This document shows positions 43,210 to 51,550 of a DNA stretch of 64,000 nucleotides, piece after piece (the stretch's first letter is position 1; every line of letters begins with the position of its first letter). Source of the stretch: Oscillospiraceae bacterium (GTDB lineage: Bacteria; Bacillota; Clostridia; Oscillospirales; CAG-272); contig SVQL01000001.1 of assembly GCA_015065365.1 (NCBI GenBank), positions 2,355-66,354 on the forward strand. The letters run 5' to 3'. Both the position numbers and the translations under genes were made by a program. The notes beneath the pieces were generated by a model. The model did not search any database. It was not told the DNA's origin and saw only the letters and a program-made list of their open reading frames with translations.

Positions 43210-44682
43210 TTAATCAAATAAACCGTTTATCATGTCAAGCGTTGCGCTTACAAGATGCTCTCCGCTCTCATATCCGACGTAACCCGATGATACGTACGCG
43301 CTGTAATGTCCTGCATCCTGCGCCTCCTTCGTAGGAAGGTAAGCAAGAGCTCCGTTAGTCAGCTGAGCAATAAACGTCTGCGCAGCGGCGCTTCTCGCTC
43401 TTATCTGGTTTCCGTAATCGAGGAACAGCTCAAAGGGATTGGTTACGAACACTACGTCTCCAAGTCTTACGGCGTGTATTTCCATCTCAACGGTATTGCA
43501 GTATTCCTGTACCTCGTAACGCTGAAGCGTTCCCGTATGCACGTAAAGCTCTGCGCTATCCATATAGTTAAGAACCTTTCTTCCCTTGAAAAACTCGCGT
43601 ATTCTGTTCTCCGCGACAGCCTTTTCAGTGTCTGTAACACGGCGCAAGGGTAAAGAAAGATTTCTTGCGCTATGCTTAAATTCGGCATCCAGCGTTATCT
43701 CGTCTATTTCCTCTATCGCCATCTCTATCTCGTTGAATATTCTTCTGCCTATCTTCCAAGTTCCCTTTACGTCAAACATCGAAGGATCTGCTCTTCTGAA
43801 TTTGGGATTATTTCTGATTACGTTAGGATCTTTTATGGGTGTTTCCGGCTCTACCCATCTTACAAGGTCACGGGGGCACTGATCTCCCGCCGCAGCGCAA
43901 ATGGGAAGGAGCATAATATCGTTTCCGTACTTTTCTCTCAAAAGTATCTTTACTTTACCCCAATAGTCCGAGGATATAACGCTTCTCTGCTCCATTACCT
44001 GAGCGGGACAAGCTATATTCGCCACGACTCCCGTCATTTTCTGATTTTCGTCGTATATGAACAGCATCTCAATTCCGCTGTCGTTACCGCCCTCAAGCGC
44101 GGTAAAGGTTGCCGTATCAACGTCGCCCCACATTTTTGCCGTTCCGTCCGTATAGCACACTCTGCGGCTCATTCCGACAGCTGCCCGTCCAAATGCCGCC
44201 GCATATCCTCCGAGTGCTCTGTTCTCCCAAGCTGCATCCGCCGCATTGGCAATGGCATCTGCAAGAAATTCAAACGCATCGTCAGGACTCATTACGTCGG
44301 TTGATTCAACCTCCGGGATATACTCGCAGTCCTCGGGCATAAATGCGCCCAGCATGTGAAATGCTCCCGAAGGGGATTTTTTCAGCGGGCTCTTTCTTCT
44401 GTACGTATAAGAGTTATGTATATGAACACTCGATATTATAATGTTACTTTTGTTTATATCCGCGCTCTTGATTCGCTCTCGTACGCACTTAACAAGCTCC
44501 TCTGTAATAACGACTATATCGCAAGAGCAAAATATTGCCTGCTCGCCGTTTGCTTCTATTGCTAACGCCGTAACCGTTATAGGCGTTTCCACCTCATCTG
44601 TCGCACGCTCGAAAAACTCTCCGTCAAGAGCTATTTTCTGCTTTGGCGTTATATCCGTTTCTGCCCAACCGAATTTTATCAT
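43210..44682 (-). CDS. Conserved hypothetical hydrolase-like protein, paralogue of 22504..24003
   Basis: Start at MIKFGWAETDITPKQK (AGGAG RBS). Long identical blocks with the paralogue (ATFTALEGGNDSGIE, SSDYWGKVKILLRE, GDQCPRDLVRWVEPETPIKDPNVIR, GHYSAYVSSG). Confidence 0.4.
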   Translation of the reverse strand: MIKFGWAETDITPKQKIALDGEFFERATDEVETPITVTALAIEANGEQAIFCSCDIVVITEELVKCVRERIKSADINKSNIIISSVHIHNSYTYRRKSPLKKSPSGAFHMLGAFMPEDCEYIPEVESTDVMSPDDAFEFLADAIANAADAAWENRALGGYAAAFGRAAVGMSRRVCYTDGTAKMWGDVDTATFTALEGGNDSGIEMLFIYDENQKMTGVVANIACPAQVMEQRSVISSDYWGKVKILLREKYGNDIMLLPICAAAGDQCPRDLVRWVEPETPIKDPNVIRNNPKFRRADPSMFDVKGTWKIGRRIFNEIEMAIEEIDEITLDAEFKHSARNLSLPLRRVTDTEKAVAENRIREFFKGRKVLNYMDSAELYVHTGTLQRYEVQEYCNTVEMEIHAVRLGDVVFVTNPFELFLDYGNQIRARSAAAQTFIAQLTNGALAYLPTKEAQDAGHYSAYVSSGYVGYESGEHLVSATLDMINGLFD

Positions 44683-44906
44683 ATCTTCTCCTTTAAGCTT
44701 TAAGATTTTTACTGAATTATAGCACACTCATACCGCTTTTTCAATACTTTTGAAAGAAAAAGTTACTTTTTTTAATATGCGTTATTCACAGATATATTTT
44801 ATTCTTAAACTAATTCTTCAAAGCGAATTTATATTAAAACCCGTACATACGGAATATCGTCTCCACCATCAAGAAAATTGAAAACTTCAAACGGTTCAGC
44901 CGCTTG

Positions 44907-45902
44907 TTATTCGCTTATACTGCCTTTTATCGCGGATATAACTCCGTCTGCATAAAACGAAAATCCGAGAAAATTCGGATGCAAAGCATCAGGACTGTAC
45001 ATCTTTGACTCGTGCGGAATAAAATCCATACAGTCTATCACCGTAACGTTTGACAAGTCTGCCGCTGCCTGCTTTATAGTTTCTCCAACCGTATCAAACG
45101 TCCCAACTCGCGTTATCCTTTTACAATTTCCGCGCCAAACGGGAGTCAATGCAAAAATCTTCGCATAGGGATAAAGACTCGAGAGATTGCCGAAAAAGCC
45201 CTTGCACTCTCTCTCAAGCTCATCAAGACTTCTTCCCGCCCAGTCGTTCGTACCGTATGCCACGGTAATTATGTCGGGCGCAAGGTCGTCCTCTAAGGTC
45301 GCAAGCTCCGCGCGGAAAAACTCTCCCGCAACGCCCTTGTTTATCGCATCCGCATCAAGCGCGTCCACAAGCAGGGATGCGTAAGACATAGATGGATTTG
45401 CCGCATCGTATCCGTGAGTAATAGAATCACCAAAGCACATCATTTTAATGCCGTGCTCCAAAGGCTCAAGCGTTGCTCCGTCGTCAAGCTCAAGGCAAAC
45501 AAGCCTTGAGTTTACCGACCACGGCATATAAATCTTCACCGTCTTTTCTCCATCTCCAAGCTCATATTCTCCCCTGACGGTCACCTGCTTGTCAGGCGAA
45601 TTGTCCACGTCGTCACCAAGCGTATACAGATGCTCTCCGTCAACGTAAATATCGTGGTTAAAATAAGTTCTCGACGAGGTATGTGAAGCATTCGCCTCTA
45701 AAGTTAGCGTTTTAGAATTTGTAACAAACTCAAGGCGCACTCCCGCGGTAGAAAATGCTCTCAAATAGGACTCCGATCTTATATTCTCATACATTTTGAA
45801 CTGTTCATCGGTAAAGCGGTAAAAGCATATTTTACCGTCCTCCTCAGTTATTCTGACAGCTCCCTTGGTTATTTTCTTTATCTGTTCATACGTAAGCTTC
45901 AT
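44907..45902 (-). CDS. SGNH/GDSL-family hydrolase with N-terminal beta-sandwich domain
   Basis: MCFGDSITHGYDA (block I), AYGTNDW (block III) and PDALHPN (block V). Start at MKLTYEQIKK. Confidence 0.7.
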   Translation of the reverse strand: MKLTYEQIKKITKGAVRITEEDGKICFYRFTDEQFKMYENIRSESYLRAFSTAGVRLEFVTNSKTLTLEANASHTSSRTYFNHDIYVDGEHLYTLGDDVDNSPDKQVTVRGEYELGDGEKTVKIYMPWSVNSRLVCLELDDGATLEPLEHGIKMMCFGDSITHGYDAANPSMSYASLLVDALDADAINKGVAGEFFRAELATLEDDLAPDIITVAYGTNDWAGRSLDELERECKGFFGNLSSLYPYAKIFALTPVWRGNCKRITRVGTFDTVGETIKQAAADLSNVTVIDCMDFIPHESKMYSPDALHPNFLGFSFYADGVISAIKGSISE

Positions 45903-45913
45903 ATTAATGTCCT

Positions 45914-48115
45914 TTAATTTACTGAAATAAAATGATACATTCTTGACTCGTAATCTCTGAGTCTTTCCTGAATACAAATGCCCGCATTCATAAGAGCCTT
46001 ACCCGAAAGCACCTGCCCTGTCTGTACGTTGCGATAATACCTGTTTTCGTCAAGTCCGTTCAGGCGAACGTAATGTCTGTCGTAGATTCCGCCTCTGATA
46101 ACCACGTACGTTAATAGCACCTCGTTCTTGTCCTCAGATACGAAGCTCCACGCGCATCTCGTTCTGTCCTTCCACGGAGATATAAGTCTGTACAAATCAC
46201 CCTTGTTTATGAGGTCGTAATACTTTCTGTACTCATCACACTGCCCCTTAACAATCTCCTTTTCCTCGTCGGTAAGCTTAGTAAGATCAAGCTCGTATCC
46301 GAACGTTCCCGACATAGCAACGTGTCCTCTTGTCGTAAGAGGTGTCGTTCTGTTTGTCTGGTGGTTGGGGCAGGCTGATACGTGCGAGCCCATCGAGGAC
46401 ACGGGATAACACATAGACGTACCGTACTGTATATCAAGACGCTCGATTGCGTCGGTATCATCGCTCGTCCAGCTTTGAGGAGCGTAATAGAGCCACGCGG
46501 GATCAAACCTTCCGCCGCCGCTGGAGCACCCCTCAATAATCAGATGGGGATATTTATTAAGTATTCTTTCAAGCAGCTCGTAAAGTCCGAGAACGTATCT
46601 GTGGAATACCTCACCCTGTCTGTCGGCATCAAGCAATGCGCTTCCTACCTCGGTAAGATTTCTGTTAAAGTCCCACTTTATGTAAGCGATATTCGCGTTA
46701 TCAAGAACTTGGCTTATGCAATCAAACAAATAATCCCTTACGTCAGCGCGGCTCATATCGAGCACGTACTGGGCTCTCGCTATGCTCATAGGTCTATTTG
46801 GAGTCTGCAACGCCCATTCGGGATGCGCGCGGAACAAATTACTGTCCTTGGATACCATTTCGGGCTCAAACCATATACCGAACTTCATACCGAGATCATT
46901 CACTCTGTCTACAAGCTTACCAAGTCCGCCCTTTAGCTTGCTCTCATTGACAAACCAATCACCGAGTCCCGATTTATCTGTGTTTCTATCTCCAAACCAA
47001 CCGTCGTCCATAACGAACATCTCAATACCAAGCTCGGATGCGGTCTTTGCTATATCGTAAAGCTTTTCTTCGTCAAAGTTAAAATACGTGGCTTCCCAAT
47101 TATTTATAAGTATAGGACGGCGAGTATTCTTCCACTCACCACGGCAGAGATTATTTCGGTAAAGCCTATGATAAATACGGCTCATTCCGCCAATGCCCTC
47201 GTTTGAGTATACCATTACCGCCTCGGGAGTCGTAAAGCTCTCGCCTGCTTCAAGCTTCCAGTTAAAGCCCTCGGGATTTATACCCATAAGCACCCTCGCG
47301 CCACCGTCGGTATCCATCTCTGCGGATGCAACAAAATTACCGCTATAAACGAGGTTGAAGCCGTAAGCGTCACCGTATTCCTCGGTTGCGTCGTGTGAGC
47401 AAACAGCTATAAAGGGATTATGCATAGCCGATGATGCGCCGCGCTTGCTTGAAATGACCTGCGTTCCGTGCATAAGCGGAATTCTCTCGAATTTTCTTTC
47501 CATAGCCCAGCTTCCGTAAAGATGGATAAGGTCCATATCTCTCGCATCGTGGAAATCAACGCAGGTGCTGAATATCCGCTGAATATTCATCATCTTATCA
47601 GAGGTGTTTTTTACACTTACGTGACGAGTCATAGCCCCCAGAGCTTCAAACACGGTATAATAAAGAGTTACCTCTGCTCCGCTTGCCTCGTCAATACAAA
47701 GTATTTCAAGCGTCGTTGCCTCATCCGCAGCTGCATACGTTGCGGGCAGACCTACTATTTGGGGCTTGCCTGCATATATCTTATGTGACACGTATCTTAT
47801 ATCTGTATCAGCCGTTCCCGTGGAGCGAATTATTGACAGCGCGCTTCCACGAAAGTCTCCGCAGCCGTTGCAGGAATATTCCATACGGCTTACGTCCTTA
47901 CTGAAATAGGGTTCTCCATTTTTCCAACAAGGGACACCGGGGCTAAAGGAGCTATGGCCTACCGTATAGCCGAGATAATCCATCTCACTATCGGGAATAT
48001 ACGCTCCGTAGTAATGATGCAACAGGTATCCGTATCCATTTACCTGAAGTATATAGCTTGTTTTATTTGTATCTAATTTAAAAATTTTTGTTGCCGATAT
48101 AAACTGAATAGCCAT
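45914..48115 (-). CDS. Alpha-galactosidase, GH36
   Basis: Start at MAIQFISATKIFKLDT (GGAGG RBS). YIKWDFNR and EGCSSGGGRFD are GH36 signature motifs. Confidence 0.85.
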   Translation of the reverse strand: MAIQFISATKIFKLDTNKTSYILQVNGYGYLLHHYYGAYIPDSEMDYLGYTVGHSSFSPGVPCWKNGEPYFSKDVSRMEYSCNGCGDFRGSALSIIRSTGTADTDIRYVSHKIYAGKPQIVGLPATYAAADEATTLEILCIDEASGAEVTLYYTVFEALGAMTRHVSVKNTSDKMMNIQRIFSTCVDFHDARDMDLIHLYGSWAMERKFERIPLMHGTQVISSKRGASSAMHNPFIAVCSHDATEEYGDAYGFNLVYSGNFVASAEMDTDGGARVLMGINPEGFNWKLEAGESFTTPEAVMVYSNEGIGGMSRIYHRLYRNNLCRGEWKNTRRPILINNWEATYFNFDEEKLYDIAKTASELGIEMFVMDDGWFGDRNTDKSGLGDWFVNESKLKGGLGKLVDRVNDLGMKFGIWFEPEMVSKDSNLFRAHPEWALQTPNRPMSIARAQYVLDMSRADVRDYLFDCISQVLDNANIAYIKWDFNRNLTEVGSALLDADRQGEVFHRYVLGLYELLERILNKYPHLIIEGCSSGGGRFDPAWLYYAPQSWTSDDTDAIERLDIQYGTSMCYPVSSMGSHVSACPNHQTNRTTPLTTRGHVAMSGTFGYELDLTKLTDEEKEIVKGQCDEYRKYYDLINKGDLYRLISPWKDRTRCAWSFVSEDKNEVLLTYVVIRGGIYDRHYVRLNGLDENRYYRNVQTGQVLSGKALMNAGICIQERLRDYESRMYHFISVN

Positions 48116-48382
48116 AAAATTCCTCCAAATGCTTTTATATGCGCTTATTATATCACATCGTTCAAAAAAAGCAATAAACATTTTGTAAATCTTTATTATC
48201 TGACACTTATTATAACAAAAATGTGCAGAGTAATTTAGACAACAGATTACGAAGAAAAATGAAAACCGAGAAATTTATCTCGAAAATTTCTATATAAAAA
48301 ACCGCTTTCACTATCGTTTTGATAGCAAAAGCGGATTTTATATTGGTTTATATTCGTGCTCTTTTGTTATACACTAAATAAA

Positions 48383-49189
48383 TCAGCCTCGGGTCTTTCC
48401 GCCTGCAACGTTAAGAGTTACACCGTCAACGTAACCTGCCTTCTCGCTTGCCATGAACGCAACTGCGCTTGCAACCTCGGAGAGCTTGCCCGAACGTCCC
48501 ATGGGAGTCGTTCCGGTCTTGCTATATCCAGCGCGAAGCTGCTCAACAGTAATTCCGCGGGTGTATGCCAAAGCGGTTTCGTAAGAAATCGTACGGAGTC
48601 CCGTAGCCTCAAGAATACCGGGGGCGATGCCGACGACGCGAACGCCGAATCTGCCAAGCTCCTTAGCCCAAGATCTCGTCAGCGCGTTAACCGCTGCCTT
48701 GGAAGCCGCGTAAACGCTCTGTCCCTCAGAGCCCTCGAGTCCGCACTCGGACGACATGTTAACGATAACGCCGCTCTTCTTTGCCTTCATAATTCTCGCG
48801 GTTGCCTGAGAGCAGTAGAAGAGTCCTTTGAGGTTTACGTTCATAACCTTATCCCAAACGTTGTCGTCAAGCTCAAACTGTCCTGCCTCGTCTACGAGAA
48901 GTCTCGGGATATTTATTCCCGCATTATTGACCATTACGTCAACCGTGCCGAAGGTCTCAACAGCCTTAGCGACCATTGCGTCAACCTGCTCCTTTGAGGT
49001 AACGTCAGTCTTAACGTATATCATATTATCCGCGGTAGCTCCCTTGAATTCGGGAACGTTATCGCTTATATCACAAACCACTACCTTTGCGCCGTCAGCA
49101 AGAAATTCCTCAACTACTGCGTAGCCGATTCCGCACGCGCCACCGGTAACTATAACTACTTTTCCTTCAAGTCCAAGCCAATTATTCAT
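48383..49189 (-). CDS. Short-chain dehydrogenase/reductase (SDR)
   Basis: VTGGACGIGYA (TGxxxGxG), NNAG and YAASKAAV (YxxxK). Start set at ATG 49189, 8 nt after the GGAGG. Confidence 0.8.
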   Translation of the reverse strand: MNNWLGLEGKVVIVTGGACGIGYAVVEEFLADGAKVVVCDISDNVPEFKGATADNMIYVKTDVTSKEQVDAMVAKAVETFGTVDVMVNNAGINIPRLLVDEAGQFELDDNVWDKVMNVNLKGLFYCSQATARIMKAKKSGVIVNMSSECGLEGSEGQSVYAASKAAVNALTRSWAKELGRFGVRVVGIAPGILEATGLRTISYETALAYTRGITVEQLRAGYSKTGTTPMGRSGKLSEVASAVAFMASEKAGYVDGVTLNVAGGKTRG

Positions 49190-49206
49190 TTTCATATCCT
49201 CCAAAA

Positions 49207-50352
49207 TCAGTCTTCAAGCTTTATTTTCATCTGCGCGGTTTGACCTGCCTTATGCTTTTCAACAAGGCTGTGAATTCTCTTAACGGGGTTAAGAAGCTCG
49301 CTGAGAGTGTAATCGTGATTGAGGGTATCAACGATGTAGGAAACGTATTTGCACATATTAACCTCAACGTACCATTCTCTGCTTGCAAGCTCGGGACGGC
49401 GGTAAACGAGGTTGGTGGTAAATATTCTGCTGATAACTCCGTCAGCGTAAGCCTTGTCAAACTTTGCAAGACCGTCTGTAAAGAGACCGAAGGTAGCAAA
49501 AGCGAAAATTCTCTTTGCTCCCTTTTCCTTGAGCTGTGCAGCTACGTCTATAAGAGATTCGCCCGAGGAGATCATATCGTCAACGATGATAACGTCCTTG
49601 CCCGTAAGGTCGCGTCCGAGATACTCGTGTGCCTCGATGGGGTTACGTCCGTTAACCACTACCGAGTAGTTTCTTCTCTTGTAGAACATACCGATATCAA
49701 GACCGAGCACGGATGAGAAGTACATGCATCTTCCCATAGCGCCCTCGTCGGGAGAAATTATAACCAGCTCGTCCTTGTCGATAACAACGTCAGGAACGTT
49801 GCGAACGAGTGCCTTTATCATCTGGTAAGAGGGTCTTACGTCGTCAAAGCCCGAGAGCGGAATTGCATTCTGCACTCTGGGGTCGTGAGCGTCAAAGGTA
49901 ATAATGTTGGTAACGCCCATGTTTACGAGCTCCTGAAGCATGTAAGCGCAGTCAAGCGACTCTCTGCCGCTTCTCTTGTGCTGTCTGCCCTCGTAGAGCA
50001 TCGGCATAATTACCGTAATTCTTCTTGCCTTACCTGCATTGGCCGCGATAATACGCTTAAGGTCTGCGTAGTGGTCGTCGGGGCTCATGGGAACCTCCTG
50101 ACCGTACATCTTATAGGTAACGCTGTAATTGAAAACGTCGCAGATTATGTAAAGGTCGTGACCTCTCAAGGACTCGTGAATAAGTCCCTTTGCCTCACCC
50201 GTACCGAAACGGGGACAATCCGCGTGAACGAGAAAGGTCTCATCCCCACCGTGACGGCGCCATTCCTTCAAATAATAATCCACCTGCGCCGCAAACTGCT
50301 CGCAGCCTCTCATGCCTATTACGCTAAGCTCTGCATACTGTGATTCCTTCAT
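49207..50352 (-). CDS. prs: Ribose-phosphate pyrophosphokinase-family protein (long variant)
   Basis: ITVIMPMLYEGRQHKR, FDAHDPRVQNAIP and IIVDDMISSGESL (PRPP-binding loop). Start at MKESQY after the GGAGGG RBS. Confidence 0.7.
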   Translation of the reverse strand: MKESQYAELSVIGMRGCEQFAAQVDYYLKEWRRHGGDETFLVHADCPRFGTGEAKGLIHESLRGHDLYIICDVFNYSVTYKMYGQEVPMSPDDHYADLKRIIAANAGKARRITVIMPMLYEGRQHKRSGRESLDCAYMLQELVNMGVTNIITFDAHDPRVQNAIPLSGFDDVRPSYQMIKALVRNVPDVVIDKDELVIISPDEGAMGRCMYFSSVLGLDIGMFYKRRNYSVVVNGRNPIEAHEYLGRDLTGKDVIIVDDMISSGESLIDVAAQLKEKGAKRIFAFATFGLFTDGLAKFDKAYADGVISRIFTTNLVYRRPELASREWYVEVNMCKYVSYIVDTLNHDYTLSELLNPVKRIHSLVEKHKAGQTAQMKIKLED

Positions 50353-50389
50353 TTTAACACCCTCCAAGTTAAATATCAACTTTAACTAA

Positions 50390-50418
50390 ATTATAACACA
50401 TTTTCTTTCTTTTAACAA
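50390..50418 (-). promoter_or_regulatory. Candidate prs promoter TTGTTA-17-TGtTATAAT
   Basis: Minus-strand hexamers at 50418-50413 and 50395-50390, with an extended -10 TG. Confidence 0.4.
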
Positions 50419-50554
50419 GGGTGTTCAAACTTTTTTTACACAAAAATGTCAAAACGTGACTTTTACTAAAAATAAATTCAAAAAATCCCCAAATATTGGG
50501 GATTTTAGGTATGTGCATAACATACTTTGAATTTGCAAGTAATTTTAAACAAAA

Positions 50555-50588
50555 CCGCATTGGCAACGGAAATCCATCACCAATGCGG
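50555..50588 (-). terminator. Rho-independent terminator (9-bp stem CCGCATTGG/CCAATGCGG) followed by TTTTGTTT on the minus strand
   Basis: Read directly. It lies downstream of the 50821..51396 gene together with two further hairpins (50744..50807, 50482..50506). Confidence 0.5.
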
Positions 50589-50820
50589 GAAAACTTATTT
50601 GATTTTGATTAACATAGAAACGTGTAAATTAGTGTTCTAGTTATCTATCATCAAAATTAGCTTGAATTTTATTCTTGGTAAGTTTATAAATTATAAGCTT
50701 TTGAACACATTTTTGTAGAATTTGCAAGATTTAAAATGAAAAACAACCGCACCCCAAAGTTAATGCCATTAGATTAACTTAATGACATTGACCCGAAAGT
50801 GCGGTTGAGCAGTCTTGCTT

Positions 50821-51396
50821 TTAAATTATTCCATTATCAATCAAAATTTTTAGAAATTCATCCGATGGTGTCCAAATTTGAAAATCCGGCAATGCGATAT
50901 AGCATTGATTATCAACATATATAATATCGATGTTGGATTTTATGCGAGGATGTTTCTTGGAATGTAATGTTACATCAATATTTGATGTGGTGTTTGAGAT
51001 GTTTTGTTTATCGCCGAAAATATTTTTCCAAACGATCTCATCATCGGTATTTTCTAATACAAAGGTATCTGCTTGATAGTTATAATCTTGTTTTAAATAC
51101 AAATTTGAATCACTACCAAGTGTATAAATGAATAATGGATTTTCCGATGTGTCAGAATAGGCATTAGTTGAAAAAGGAAAACTGTAGTATGAACCCAATT
51201 GGATATCATTCGTGTTTTCTGAATTATAACGTTCGGTAACGAAAAACACAGAGGATTGATAATATCTTTCGTCATTGTAAAGCAAATACCATTCTTTATT
51301 ATCTTCTATAAAATTTATATTTTTGGAATAATTACATGAGCTTAATAAAAGCACTACGATGCATATTAGAATTATAATAGCAATTGTTTTTTTCAT
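50821..51396 (-). CDS. Hypothetical lipoprotein in an AT-rich islet
   Basis: Start at MKKTIAIIILICIVVLLLSSC (lipobox; GGAGAA RBS). N/Y/S/D-rich mature part. No recognisable family. Confidence 0.55.
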   Translation of the reverse strand: MKKTIAIIILICIVVLLLSSCNYSKNINFIEDNKEWYLLYNDERYYQSSVFFVTERYNSENTNDIQLGSYYSFPFSTNAYSDTSENPLFIYTLGSDSNLYLKQDYNYQADTFVLENTDDEIVWKNIFGDKQNISNTTSNIDVTLHSKKHPRIKSNIDIIYVDNQCYIALPDFQIWTPSDEFLKILIDNGII

Positions 51397-51550
51397 TTTT
51401 CGTTCTCCGCAAACTATTTGAAACACAGGGGGACACAAGAAACCGTCCTCTGTGTTCATTTGTCAAGCAATATACTTTTTAAGAGTTTTTGCCGCGCTTT
51501 TTACAAAAAGCGCGAAAATCGCATCCTCGCGTCCTCGCATCCTCGCGTAC

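Noticed and set aside
50369-50566. 65-aa minus-strand ORF upstream of prs
   Set aside because: It spans the predicted prs promoter and terminator hairpins. It is AT-rich with no RBS and its composition is unlike neighbouring genes.
50736-50777. 13-codon mini-ORF (MKNNRTPKLMPLD) in the AT-rich intergenic region
   Set aside because: It has no RBS and no second copy, and it overlaps a terminator hairpin. Most likely fortuitous.
50380-51460. AT-rich islet as a mobile element or prophage remnant
   Set aside because: There are no transposase, integrase, terminal inverted repeats or target-site duplications, so I only flag the compositional anomaly.
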